Positions 10,166 through 19,140 of a DNA stretch of 64,000 nucleotides are shown here, in pieces (position 1 is the stretch's first letter; every line of letters begins with the position of its first letter). The notes beneath the pieces are model-generated. The model searched no databases and had not been told where the DNA came from. It worked only from the letters and a program-made list of their open reading frames with translations. The translations under genes were made by a program, and so were the position numbers. This DNA comes from a bacterium (GTDB taxonomy: Bacteria > Joyebacterota > Joyebacteria > Joyebacterales > Joyebacteraceae): positions 87,556 through 151,555 of the forward strand of contig JALGZD010000218.1 in assembly GCA_025782395.1 (NCBI GenBank), in the 5' to 3' direction.

Positions 10166-10648
10166 CTAGCGCTCGTGCCGGACCTCCAGAATCCTGTCGA
10201 CGATAGAGCGCGTCGAGCGACCTTCCAGCGCTTCGAGCGCAACGACTCTCCCTCCGTGCTCTTCCACGAGATCAGCCCCGACGATGTTCTCCCTCGAATA
10301 TCCGGCGCCTTTGGCCAGCACATCCGGCACAATCGCCGCGATGAGTTCGTATGGAGTGTCCTCGTCGAAGAGGCAAACGTAATCGACGGACGCGAGCGCC
10401 GCAAGCACATGCGCGCGGTCGTCTTCCGGAATTATCGGTCTTGTCTCACCCTTGAGCGCGCGGACCGACCTGTCGGTGTTGAGACCGACAACGAGGATAT
10501 CACCCAGCGACTTCGCTCGCGCCAGGTAGTCCGTGTGGCCGCGGTGGATTATGTCGAAACAACCGTTTGTGAAGACGACGCTTCTCCCTGCCGTCCTGGC
10601 CTCATCACGGATCCCAATGAACTCCTCACGCGATACGACCTCGCCCAC
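10166..10648 (-). CDS. D-glycero-beta-D-manno-heptose-1-phosphate adenylyltransferase (RfaE domain II, stand-alone)
   Basis: 160 aa. VFTNGCFDIIHRGHTDYL cytidylyltransferase motif. Confidence 0.8.
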   Translation of the reverse strand: MGEVVSREEFIGIRDEARTAGRSVVFTNGCFDIIHRGHTDYLARAKSLGDILVVGLNTDRSVRALKGETRPIIPEDDRAHVLAALASVDYVCLFDEDTPYELIAAIVPDVLAKGAGYSRENIVGADLVEEHGGRVVALEALEGRSTRSIVDRILEVRHER

Positions 10649-10650
10649 GT

Positions 10651-11661
10651 CTAGTCCTCCTCGATATCCTCGAACGACCGGGCTATCTCCTCGGTCGTCA
10701 CCGACGCGGTGCCGATCTCCCGTATCACCATCCCTGCGGCATGATTGGCCACGACTGCAGCCTCAACCATCGTTGCGCCGGCCGCAAGCGCCACGGCCAA
10801 TACACCGACGACGGTGTCTCCGGCGCCCGTGACGTCGAACACTTCTCTGGCCATGGTCGGGAGATGGATGTGCTCGCTGTCCCTCATGAAGAGCGACATG
10901 CCTTCCTCGCCCCTTGTGATGATCACGCACTCCGCGTCGAGTCTCTTCCGGAGTTCCCAGCCCGCTCTCAACAGGTCCTCTTCCCCTCGTATCCCGAATT
11001 CCACGGCGCCCGCCGTCTCTTTCTGATTCGGCGTGATGGCGGTGACGCCCGTGTAGCTCCCGAAGTGCGACTCCTTCGGGTCAACACAGACGGGTTTTCC
11101 TGCCTCGTGCACCCGCTCCAGGACCGCTGCGAGTGTTCGTTCACTCACCACACCCTTGCCGTAGTCGGAGATGACCAGAACATCCGCCGACTCGATCGCT
11201 TCGGTGGCAAGTTCGATAAGTCGTGACTCGGTGTCTGCACTCAGGGAACGAGTGTCCTCGCGATCGGCTCGGACCACCTGTTGGCTGTGCGCGATGATCC
11301 GTGTCTTGGTTGTGGTGGGCCGTCCGTCCACATCGAGGACCTTCGAGATATCAACACCTCGCTCCGTAAGAAACGAGGTCAGCAGATGCGCGTTCTCGTC
11401 CCGGCCGACGACGCCGACGACGATGGCTGATGCTCCGAGCGACGCCACGTTCTCAGCGACGTTGGCCGCTCCTCCAAACCGCACGGTCTCCCTGCTGACT
11501 TCCACGACCGGAACGGGCGCCTCCGGTGAGATGCGATTGACATCCCCCCAGACGTAGCGGTCCAGCATCATGTCACCGAGAATCGCGACCCTGCATTTCC
11601 CAAAGCCATCGAGAAGTTCGCCCAGCCTTTTCCTTGTCATGTGTCTCGAATCCACGAACAA
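10651..11661 (-). CDS. D-glycero-beta-D-manno-heptose-7-phosphate kinase (RfaE domain I, PfkB family)
   Basis: 336 aa. VAILGDMMLDRYVWGDVNRISPEAPVPVV. GAGD motif near the C-terminus. Confidence 0.8.
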   Translation of the reverse strand: MFVDSRHMTRKRLGELLDGFGKCRVAILGDMMLDRYVWGDVNRISPEAPVPVVEVSRETVRFGGAANVAENVASLGASAIVVGVVGRDENAHLLTSFLTERGVDISKVLDVDGRPTTTKTRIIAHSQQVVRADREDTRSLSADTESRLIELATEAIESADVLVISDYGKGVVSERTLAAVLERVHEAGKPVCVDPKESHFGSYTGVTAITPNQKETAGAVEFGIRGEEDLLRAGWELRKRLDAECVIITRGEEGMSLFMRDSEHIHLPTMAREVFDVTGAGDTVVGVLAVALAAGATMVEAAVVANHAAGMVIREIGTASVTTEEIARSFEDIEED

Positions 11662-11831
11662 CCTCCATCAGCTCGTACGATGTGAGGAACAGCGTACCGC
11701 GGCCGCCACAACACGGCAAGAGGGATGCTAAGCCAGTCCAATCGACAAGTCAAGGCCACCCGGCAAAAGCTGCGGCCGGCTCCTCGCGGAACCGACCGCC
11801 TGCTGTTTTCACTCGTGGGTCTGAACCGGCC

Positions 11832-12689
11832 TTAGGTGAGTTTCACCCTCTCGATCGTGCGTCTCCGCCTCGGCTTCCTCTTGGGATGCTCGGGAACGAT
11901 GAGGTCCGGATACGCGTTATGAAGAGCCTGGATCGACGAACCGGAGAAGCATCCGGTCAGCATACCGCCGAGTCCGTACTCCCTGAAGAGGTGATAGGTG
12001 ACGTCCTGGAAAACACGCTCCGGCGGCACGCCGAGCATGTCCTCAACCAGCCACCTGGTGGCCCGCCGCGCGTTTTCGAGTCCCTTCTCACCCTGCCAGA
12101 AGTTCTTCGGAACGTTTCTGAACTCCCAGGGATAGAAACGGCCCGGATAGGCGTTCTCGATAGCGCGGAAGAAAGAACCACGGAAGCAGACTGACAGCAT
12201 ACCCCTCAGGTTGTACTTCCCGAAGGTCGTCGCTGAGATCCGCTGCGGGATCTCGCCTACTGCGCAGCCCTCCCTCTCCTCGATCATCCAGCGGGTAGCC
12301 TCCGCCGCCAGCTTGAAGCGCTCAGGACCTTGCCACATACCCTTGACATTGAACTGCCATTTGTGGAATCGGCCGGGATATGCGTTGTCGATCACCTTGT
12401 ACGGCGACCAGTCGAAGCAGCTCCCCAGCATCCACGTCAAGCCGTTCTCGTAGAACAACTTCTTGTGAATGGCGCGCGGTATCTCGTCGACGCCGATGCC
12501 AAGCTTCTCCTCGAGGAGGTGGCGTGTGATGATACCGGCTCTGGCACGGCCGACCGCCCCCTCAAAGAAGTTATTCGGGAAACGCCTCCGCTGCTTGAGA
12601 GAGACGTCCTCGTAGACCTGGATCACCTCGGCGCGGTCCAACTCAGGCGCCGCTACTCCGGAGTCCAGCCTTTTCAGCTCCGCAACCAT
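11832..12689 (-). CDS. hypothetical protein with three ~85-aa internal repeats and an Arg/Lys-rich tail
   Basis: 285 aa. Repeat core ATRW..E...G......P......F...GL.GML..CF.GS...A..NAYPG.F..W.F. C-terminus PKRKPRRRRTIERVKLT. Good GGAGGAG ribosome-binding site before the ATG. Confidence 0.55.
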   Translation of the reverse strand: MVAELKRLDSGVAAPELDRAEVIQVYEDVSLKQRRRFPNNFFEGAVGRARAGIITRHLLEEKLGIGVDEIPRAIHKKLFYENGLTWMLGSCFDWSPYKVIDNAYPGRFHKWQFNVKGMWQGPERFKLAAEATRWMIEEREGCAVGEIPQRISATTFGKYNLRGMLSVCFRGSFFRAIENAYPGRFYPWEFRNVPKNFWQGEKGLENARRATRWLVEDMLGVPPERVFQDVTYHLFREYGLGGMLTGCFSGSSIQALHNAYPDLIVPEHPKRKPRRRRTIERVKLT

Positions 12690-13173
12690 AGCTCCTCCAC
12701 TCTACAGTTCGGACAACTGTCAAAGCTGTCGAATGCCATCGCAGGATGCTCGTTGCCCACCAACACAGATTCCGCCACGTGTCATCTATCCGTATCTACA
12801 ATATCACCCCGCGCAAAACCTGTCAAGAGAAATGTTCGCCAAAGCTTACACTGACAAGGTTTCCCTTTTGACGGGCACGACGACCGGCATGTCCTCCTTC
12901 ATCGTCGACGCCCCTGCATCGCCACTCACGCCGTTGCGACGTGCGACGTCCGCCCGCCCCATGCTGTGGTGGAACGAAAGACGGAAGCTGGATCCCGAGT
13001 CCAGGCATCCGTACGGACGCACTCGAACCCGGCTTCTCCGACTCGCCGTTCGCTCGACGTGCGCTCTGGACAGGCTCAGCCGCATGACAAGCACCCCCCG
13101 ATCATCCACGCGATCGAGTACCCCACCGTACCCATGTGGCACGGTGATTGCTAGCGCGCGCCCCAGAAAGCGC

Positions 13174-13202
13174 TTGACATGCCATCAGTTCGCTCCTATC
13201 TT
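13174..13202 (+). promoter_or_regulatory. sigma-70-like promoter candidate (TTGACA-17-TATCTT) for the DUF3467 gene
   Basis: TTGACA at 13174-13179, 17-nt spacer, TATCTT at 13197-13202. A GGAGAGG ribosome-binding site at about 13247 precedes the TTG start at 13262. Confidence 0.35.
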
Positions 13203-13261
13203 GACGCAAAATCCGAACTGATGCGCTGTGAAGTTGCACGGCAGGCGGAGAGGCTTAGCTA

Positions 13262-13552
13262 TTGGCAGAGCAGAAGAAGATCAACATAGAACTGAGGGAC
13301 GAGGAGGCCGAGGGCGTCTATGCGAACTTCGCGGTGATCACCCATTCTCCAGCGGAGTTCGTCGTCGACTTCATCAGGATCCTCCCCGGCACGAAGAAAA
13401 GCCGGGTACATGCGCGAATCGTGATGGCGCCTCAGAATATCAAGGCGTTCGCTCACGCTCTGGCCGGCAATGTCAGCAAGTATGAAGAGAAGCACGGAGA
13501 GATCAAATCCGTCTCGAATGGACAGCAGGACAAGCAGATCGGGTTCCAGTAG
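13262..13552 (+). CDS. DUF3467 family protein
   Basis: 96 aa. INIELRDEEAEGVYANFAVITHSPAEFVVDFIRILPG matches the conserved DUF3467 core as I recall it. TTG start. Confidence 0.6.
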   Translation: MAEQKKINIELRDEEAEGVYANFAVITHSPAEFVVDFIRILPGTKKSRVHARIVMAPQNIKAFAHALAGNVSKYEEKHGEIKSVSNGQQDKQIGFQ

Positions 13553-13791
13553 GTTTCGAACGAAGACGATACGAAGGAGGTTAAGGAGAGAGGCTTGTTG
13601 GGTTGCCGACCGGTCCAGGGAACCGGTCGCAGGTTGCTGGGAATGAGTCTTTCTACGGTGCACTGGGGAGCATCTGACGTCCCCGCGAATCCGGAGGGAG
13701 GTGCAAGCACGAAGAGAACGAGGCTGGTCTGACCAATGAAGTTCCTCTGGCAGGGTGGTAATCGATTTCTTCAAGTTCTAGGGGGTTAAGA

Positions 13792-14646
13792 ATGAGACGC
13801 AGTATTCTTTCAGTAGCAGTCATCGTGTTTGTCGTGGGGCTGGCCTGCACGGCCGGCGCTTATGACTTCCTCTACTTCAATGACTCACCGATGACACATG
13901 ATGCCGGCACGTTCGGCGTCAGCGCAGGCTTCGTTTACTTCTCGCAGAACGGTTGGTATGACAACGATGGCGAGAAGGTCGACTTCGAGGGTGACATGGC
14001 CGGAACCGAGATGTATGCCCCGGTCGACATCTACTACAGCATCATGGACCAGCTCGAGATCGGCATCAAGCCCGCTTTCCAGATGAACACCTGGACGGAC
14101 CTTGACGGTGACGAATTCGATTCGAACGGCATCATGGACACATGGATCGACGCCAAGTACATGATCATGATGGACCCGATGGTCACGGCTCGCGCCGGCC
14201 TCAAGGTTGCGACAGGCGACGACGAGGGTGACGAGGACAACGGTCCGACCGGTACGGGTCAGATGGACATCGACGCTGCCGTGCTCTTCGGCATGCCTGC
14301 CGGCCCGGGTCAGTTCGGCGCTCAGGTCGGCTACCGGATGGGCCTCGAGGATGACGACGGCTGCGCGCCGGGTGGAAAGATCATGTTCCTCGTGGACTAC
14401 CACTATCCGCTCAGCGACGTGATGCAGCTCAAGGTCGCGGCCGATGGCTACTTCGGCAGTGACAACACGGTCGACGGCGATGCCGTTGAGGACTCAGGCA
14501 GCAATGCTGTCGAGATCAACCCCGGCATCACCTACTCGATGGACAACGGCATGGACGTCGGCTTCGACGTCTTCTACGTCCTCATGGGCACCAACGAGGC
14601 TGCAAAGTGGGGCGCCGGCCTCTGTGTTGGTTGGGGGACGCAGTAG
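13792..14646 (+). CDS. secreted acidic beta-rich protein, possible major outer-membrane porin-like protein
   Basis: 284 aa. Signal peptide MRRSILSVAVIVFVVGLACTAGA. Asp/Gly-rich alternating pattern. Followed by a strong intrinsic terminator. Confidence 0.45.
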   Translation: MRRSILSVAVIVFVVGLACTAGAYDFLYFNDSPMTHDAGTFGVSAGFVYFSQNGWYDNDGEKVDFEGDMAGTEMYAPVDIYYSIMDQLEIGIKPAFQMNTWTDLDGDEFDSNGIMDTWIDAKYMIMMDPMVTARAGLKVATGDDEGDEDNGPTGTGQMDIDAAVLFGMPAGPGQFGAQVGYRMGLEDDDGCAPGGKIMFLVDYHYPLSDVMQLKVAADGYFGSDNTVDGDAVEDSGSNAVEINPGITYSMDNGMDVGFDVFYVLMGTNEAAKWGAGLCVGWGTQ

Positions 14647-14677
14647 CAGTCTGTTTCCGGCATACCAGGTAGTAAAG

Positions 14678-14710
14678 ACGGGGGGGCAGGTCGGCCCCCC
14701 CGTTTCTTTC
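14678..14710. terminator. bidirectional rho-independent terminator between convergent genes
   Basis: ACGGGGGGG-caggtcgg-CCCCCCCGT stem (9 bp) followed by TTTCTTTC on the plus strand. Its reverse complement is followed by TCTTTACT, downstream of the lpxL-like gene. Confidence 0.7.
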
Positions 14711-14755
14711 TGATGGTCGTCTCTCGCCGGCGCGGCTGCGCCGCTGATGCCTCGC

Positions 14756-15664
14756 CTACTCGCCCGCCGGTCGCGTCTTCCACCGCCTGTGCATCCAGAA
14801 GTACTGTTCCGGATCACTCCGTATGAACGCCTCGAACTCGCGCGTGTAGGCCTGAGTGTAGTATCGCGCGGCTTCATCCGAGTCGGTCCCGTCCGGCGGC
14901 GGCTTGATGGCCGGACAAACGACGATCTCGTGGCGACCACCCCCGCGGCCGACGACCATGCCGGGCAGAAGTGCCGCCCCTGTCGCCGCGGCCAGCCGGC
15001 CGGAACCGTAGGGAGTAGACGCCTGGCGCCCGAGGAACTCGACGAACGTGCCGCGCTTCCCGGCGTCCTGATCCGATAGCATAGCCACGACCCTGTTGCC
15101 GCGAAGCGCCCGGAAGACACCCTTGAGACTTCCGGTCAAGGGCACGATTTCCCCACCAAACCTCGCCCTCATCCTGTTCATGACACCATCTACGAGTATG
15201 TTGTGCTGCTCACCGACGAGGAATGTCATCGGATAGCCCATCAACGGCAGCGTGGCCAGGTACTCCCAGTTACCCAGGTGGCCGGCTACGAGAATCACTC
15301 CCTTCCCTTTCTCAAGCGCCCGGTCGAGATGCTCGGCGCCTGCAAGCGACACCGTGTCCTTGATCCGCCGAGGAGTCAGACGCGGGAAGCGTGCGTACTC
15401 GAATGTCATTCTGCCGAAGTTCCTGTAGGATTCTCTGCCTATGCGAACCAGCTCCTCCTCGCCCATCTCCTCCCCCAGCGCCCGCCTGAGATGGTCCATC
15501 GTGACCGCACGCCTGATACGCAGCGAGGAGAAAGCCAGACCGCCGAGAAGCGCACCTGTCTCACGAGAGAAGGCAGCCGGACTCGCACAGATGAGCGCCT
15601 GAAATGCGCGCGCAGCGCAGTACTCCATCCGATGACTCAGCGTGGTCTTTCCTCTTCGGGCCAC
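14756..15664 (-). CDS. lipid A biosynthesis lauroyl/myristoyl acyltransferase (LpxL/HtrB family)
   Basis: 302 aa. AGHLGNWE (HxxxxE acyltransferase motif). C-terminal QYFWMHRRWK typical of the family. Confidence 0.8.
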   Translation of the reverse strand: MARRGKTTLSHRMEYCAARAFQALICASPAAFSRETGALLGGLAFSSLRIRRAVTMDHLRRALGEEMGEEELVRIGRESYRNFGRMTFEYARFPRLTPRRIKDTVSLAGAEHLDRALEKGKGVILVAGHLGNWEYLATLPLMGYPMTFLVGEQHNILVDGVMNRMRARFGGEIVPLTGSLKGVFRALRGNRVVAMLSDQDAGKRGTFVEFLGRQASTPYGSGRLAAATGAALLPGMVVGRGGGRHEIVVCPAIKPPPDGTDSDEAARYYTQAYTREFEAFIRSDPEQYFWMHRRWKTRPAGE

Positions 15665-15755
15665 GAAAATCCCTCCTTAGGTGGGCGCCACGGCGGTTGT
15701 TCGGGACGGCGCTCGCACACATCCTGCTCGCTGCTGTCTCAGACCAATCCCCCGC

Positions 15756-16937
15756 TCAGGCGAATCTCCGCGCCAGCCACGAAAGCTTCACACGAACCGC
15801 CTCGTGCGGACAGACCTCGTGGCAGCAGAGGCACTCCACGCACCTCTTGCGATCGACCACGGGACCAGTCTCCGTCATCCGTATCGCACCGACGGGACAG
15901 CTGCGCACACAGAGAGCGCACGCCTCCGCCCGACAGCCCCACTCCTTCGACATCTCCGGATATACCCAGATCCATGGCTTGAGCGCGCGCATCAGAAAGC
16001 CGGGTATGTAGTTCAGTACTCCGGCTGACGGCAACACGAATCCCTCTGTATCGAACGACTCGGGAGCTTCTCCAAGAATGTCTATCCTGCGCCTGTCGGC
16101 GATGCCGAGACCCTTCTCGGCCGCTCGCCTGATCATGTAAACTCGACCGTCCTTGATCCCCATCATGCCGGCCAGAATCGTGTCGACGGCAACGGCATCG
16201 GTCCCCGCAATGATGGCACCTACAGCGCGTGGCTTTCCACCGGACGGACCATCACCCTCCATGGCGACTACGGCATCGACCACGTTCAGCGCCGGAGCAA
16301 CAAGAGCGAAGATGTCGACAAGATGATGGCTGAAAGGCCTCGGTCTCGGTGCAAGGTTGTGCATGCGCCCCTTCCCGAACCCGGGAATTGAGCCGAACAT
16401 GTTCTTGATGCACCCGGTGAACAGCGTCAGGACGTGCGTCTTCATCTTCGGGACGTTGATGACCACATCCGCGTCCAGAACGGGGCGTGTGATCATGTAC
16501 GATCTCAGTTCGCCCTCGACCGACTCCGCACCCGCTTTCTCGAAGTTCACAAGCTCGATTCCCATGCGCAGAGAGAGCTCGAGGAAACCCGTGTTCCGCC
16601 ACACGCGCTCCACACCCCTTACGGCTCCACCGGGACTGTCTCCTACCCGTGGCTCGACGCCGGCCTCGCGCGCGAGCTCGGTGAGCGCCTGGATTACTGT
16701 TGGATGTGTCGTGATGGCTCTCTCCGGGGCCTTCGCGGAAAGCATGTTGGGTTTGAGAAGGAGGGACTGCCCCCTCGTCACGAATGCCGACATGCCCCCG
16801 AGCAGGTCTACGACCTGCCTCACGGCTCCTCGTACCTCATCGAGGTCGTAGCTCTCGCACCGCGCGATCGCCACCGTTGCTCTGCCGTTCGCCTTCGCCA
16901 CCGCTATCCTGCTCTCGTATAGAAGCCTCCGGGCCAC
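15756..16937 (-). CDS. DUF362 domain protein with C-terminal 2x[4Fe-4S] ferredoxin domain
   Basis: 393 aa. N-terminal ...AIARCESYDLDEV...LLKPNM resembles DUF362. C-terminal CALCVRSCP and CVECLCCHEVCP. Confidence 0.65.
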   Translation of the reverse strand: MARRLLYESRIAVAKANGRATVAIARCESYDLDEVRGAVRQVVDLLGGMSAFVTRGQSLLLKPNMLSAKAPERAITTHPTVIQALTELAREAGVEPRVGDSPGGAVRGVERVWRNTGFLELSLRMGIELVNFEKAGAESVEGELRSYMITRPVLDADVVINVPKMKTHVLTLFTGCIKNMFGSIPGFGKGRMHNLAPRPRPFSHHLVDIFALVAPALNVVDAVVAMEGDGPSGGKPRAVGAIIAGTDAVAVDTILAGMMGIKDGRVYMIRRAAEKGLGIADRRRIDILGEAPESFDTEGFVLPSAGVLNYIPGFLMRALKPWIWVYPEMSKEWGCRAEACALCVRSCPVGAIRMTETGPVVDRKRCVECLCCHEVCPHEAVRVKLSWLARRFA

Positions 16938-18049
16938 GCCTTTGCGAGGCCCCTCAGTTCGAGCTCCATCAACGCTGCCAGCACCTCCCCGAGCGGCGCG
17001 CCCAGTTTCTCGGCTAGGGCTTCCGGCTGCGCGGGAGTGAGCGACAGCAGCCCCAGCAATCCCGCAACGCCGGTTTCCTCGCTCTTCATGAGGGCAGGCC
17101 GGGCCCCGCTCTCAGGAGATGCGCCTGTCGCACACGCCGTCCCGGCAGCGGAGAGTCCATGACGCGCGAACACAGTCCTCTTGACGGGGAATTCGCCCCA
17201 CGAGCCCTCGAGTTCGACGAGGACGTCCTCGATCGATTCGACGAGCTTGGCCCCGGCCTTTATGAGTGAATGAGGACCGCGCGCTGTAATCTCGTCAACC
17301 GGTCCCGGCACTGCGAACACTTCGCGGCCCTGCTCAAGAGCGCACGCAGCCGTTATGAGGGCGCCGCTTCGCTCGCCGGCCTCAACAACTATGATACCCA
17401 TCGAGAGCCCTGCAATGACGCGGTTGCGCTGCGGAAAGGATCCGGGCCTCGGATCCTGCCCGTACGGGAACTCGGTGACCACGACCCCCCGCCTCGCGAT
17501 CTCCTCACAGAGCCCCGCGTTCTCGGGGGGGTAGATGCGATCGAGCCCCGAACCGAGAACGGCAATAGTCGTCCCGCCGGCATCCAGGGCGCCTTCGTGC
17601 GCCGCAGTGTCTATCCCCCGCGCGAGGCCGCTCACTACGGCAATCCCGTGCGAGACCAGTTCCCGCGCCAATCGTCCGGCATTGATCAGGCCCCGGGGCG
17701 TGGCCCGCCTTGTTCCGACGATCGCAACCGCCGGTATTGCGTGCTCAAGCTCGAGCCCTCGCACGAAAAGACCGACAGGAGGCGCATGGATTCCAGCAAG
17801 GAGCTCCGGGTAGTCGCGAGTTCCCGCCACTGCGAAACGTGCGCCGCGAGCGTCTGCCCTGTCGAGCTGTGCCCTGTGTTCCCGCCGGCCAGCACTGTGT
17901 CCTATCGCGCGCAAGGCCCCGTCGGGGCACCGCACGGCCGCCGCAACTACAGATGTGAAAGAACCAAAACGCGTCCTGAGCCGTGCCGCCGTTACAGGCC
18001 CCACACCGTCCGCCAGAAGAACTGCCAGAGCAGCTTCCCGTTCATCCAC
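16904..18049 (-). CDS. dprA: DNA processing protein DprA (Smf)
   Basis: Rossmann-like DprA core VAIVGTRRATPRG...VVSGLARGIDTAAHEGAL. The likely start is GTG at 18047-18049 (VDEREAALAVLLADGVGPVTAARL). The listed ORF's first 43 aa are translated tandem repeats overlapping the obg 3' end. Confidence 0.8.
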   Translation of the reverse strand: MDEREAALAVLLADGVGPVTAARLRTRFGSFTSVVAAAVRCPDGALRAIGHSAGRREHRAQLDRADARGARFAVAGTRDYPELLAGIHAPPVGLFVRGLELEHAIPAVAIVGTRRATPRGLINAGRLARELVSHGIAVVSGLARGIDTAAHEGALDAGGTTIAVLGSGLDRIYPPENAGLCEEIARRGVVVTEFPYGQDPRPGSFPQRNRVIAGLSMGIIVVEAGERSGALITAACALEQGREVFAVPGPVDEITARGPHSLIKAGAKLVESIEDVLVELEGSWGEFPVKRTVFARHGLSAAGTACATGASPESGARPALMKSEETGVAGLLGLLSLTPAQPEALAEKLGAPLGEVLAALMELELRGLAKAWPGGFYTRAG

Positions 18050-18075
18050 CCGACCACCCCCCGTCCCAGTGAACG

Positions 18076-18154
18076 TACTCCTCCAACAGGAGGAGCCTAC
18101 TCCTCCAACGAGAGGAGCCCACTCCTCCAACGAGAGGAGCCTACTCCACCGTCC
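18076..18154. repeat. 3.5 tandem copies of a 22-bp palindromic unit (TACTCCTCCAACGAGAGGAGCC) between obg and dprA
   Basis: Units at 18076-18097, 18098-18119 and 18120-18141, plus a partial copy. Each contains CTCCTC/GAGGAG inverted arms. The obg stop (TAG at 18141-18143) lies in the last unit. Confidence 0.8.
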
Positions 18155-19130
18155 TGTCGGCTTCATCAAGAAGGGCACGCATCATGCCCTTGAGCTTCTC
18201 CAACCCAGCGCCTGTCGCGGACGAGATCTCTACGATATCCTCGCCCCCGAACGCAACATCTCCGGATCTCACGCCCGATCCGAGGTCCATCTTCGTCAAG
18301 GCCACAATGCGAGGTTTCTCGGAGACGCCGAAACCGTAGCTCCTGAGCTCATGGAGCAGCGTGCGATAGGAGACCTCGGGGTCAGGATCACTTGAGTCCA
18401 CGAGCACGACCAGGACTCGCGTCCGCTCGATGTGACGCAGGAACCGGTCGCCGAGTCCCTTTCCCTGGTGGGCGCCTTCGATGAGACCGGGAAGATCGGC
18501 CACGACGAAGCTCCGATCGATATCGAACGGCACAAGTCCAAGAACAGGACTCAGGGTCGTGAACGGAAAGCTCCCGATCTTCGGACGGGCGGCCGAGATC
18601 GTGGAGAGAAGGGTCGACTTGCCCGCGTTCGGAAGCCCCACCAGCCCGACGTCCGCGACCAGCTTGAGTTCGAGCTCCACCATCCGCTCCTCACCAGGAC
18701 GTCCTTCCTCGCACCTTGTTGGAGCCCGATTGGTGGAGGTCGCGAACCTCGCGTTTCCCCTGCCGCCACGACCGCCGGCGGCAACAACGAAGCTCTTCCC
18801 GACCTCATCCAGGTCAGCAAGGATCTCGCCGATATCGACGTCCTTGATCATCGTTCCGACCGGGACCTTGAGAACAACACCTTCTCCGCTCCTGCCCGTC
18901 TTACGCGAGCCGAGACCGTGATGCCCTCGCTCAGCTTTGATCTCCCTCTTGTATCTGAAATCGAGAAGCGTCGAGTGGCCCCTGGACGCTTCAATGACTA
19001 TGCTGCCCCCCCTGCCCCCGTCTCCGCCGTTGGGGCCGCCGAAAGGCACGAATTTCTCCCGTCGAAAGCTCTTGCAGCCGTTCCCTCCATCTCCTGCCTT
19101 CACACGTATCCTGGCTGTATCGATCAGCAT
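18141..19130 (-). CDS. obg: GTPase Obg/CgtA
   Basis: 329 aa. N-terminal glycine-rich Obg fold [34 protein letters not shown]1-G4 motifs [17 protein letters not shown]. Confidence 0.9.
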   Translation of the reverse strand: MLIDTARIRVKAGDGGNGCKSFRREKFVPFGGPNGGDGGRGGSIVIEASRGHSTLLDFRYKREIKAERGHHGLGSRKTGRSGEGVVLKVPVGTMIKDVDIGEILADLDEVGKSFVVAAGGRGGRGNARFATSTNRAPTRCEEGRPGEERMVELELKLVADVGLVGLPNAGKSTLLSTISAARPKIGSFPFTTLSPVLGLVPFDIDRSFVVADLPGLIEGAHQGKGLGDRFLRHIERTRVLVVLVDSSDPDPEVSYRTLLHELRSYGFGVSEKPRIVALTKMDLGSGVRSGDVAFGGEDIVEISSATGAGLEKLKGMMRALLDEADRTVE

Positions 19131-19140
19131 CCGGGAACTC

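Noticed and set aside
12733-13221. 162-aa plus-strand ORF inside the long intergenic region
   Set aside because: The composition is Pro/Ser/Thr/Arg-rich. There is no ribosome-binding site and no recognisable domain. A promoter for the next gene lies inside it. It is probably non-coding.
13553-13791. tRNA or small RNA in the 238-bp gap before the acidic secreted protein gene
   Set aside because: There is no tRNA-like acceptor/T-arm pattern. There is only a short CGACCGG/CCGGTCG hairpin and a ribosome-binding site. I treat it as a 5' leader and promoter region.
18076-18154. CRISPR array
   Set aside because: The units are directly adjacent, with no spacers. They are 22 bp long and there are only 3.5 copies. 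No cas genes are in the window. The repeats at 26387-26452 and 63746-63809 are not CRISPR either.
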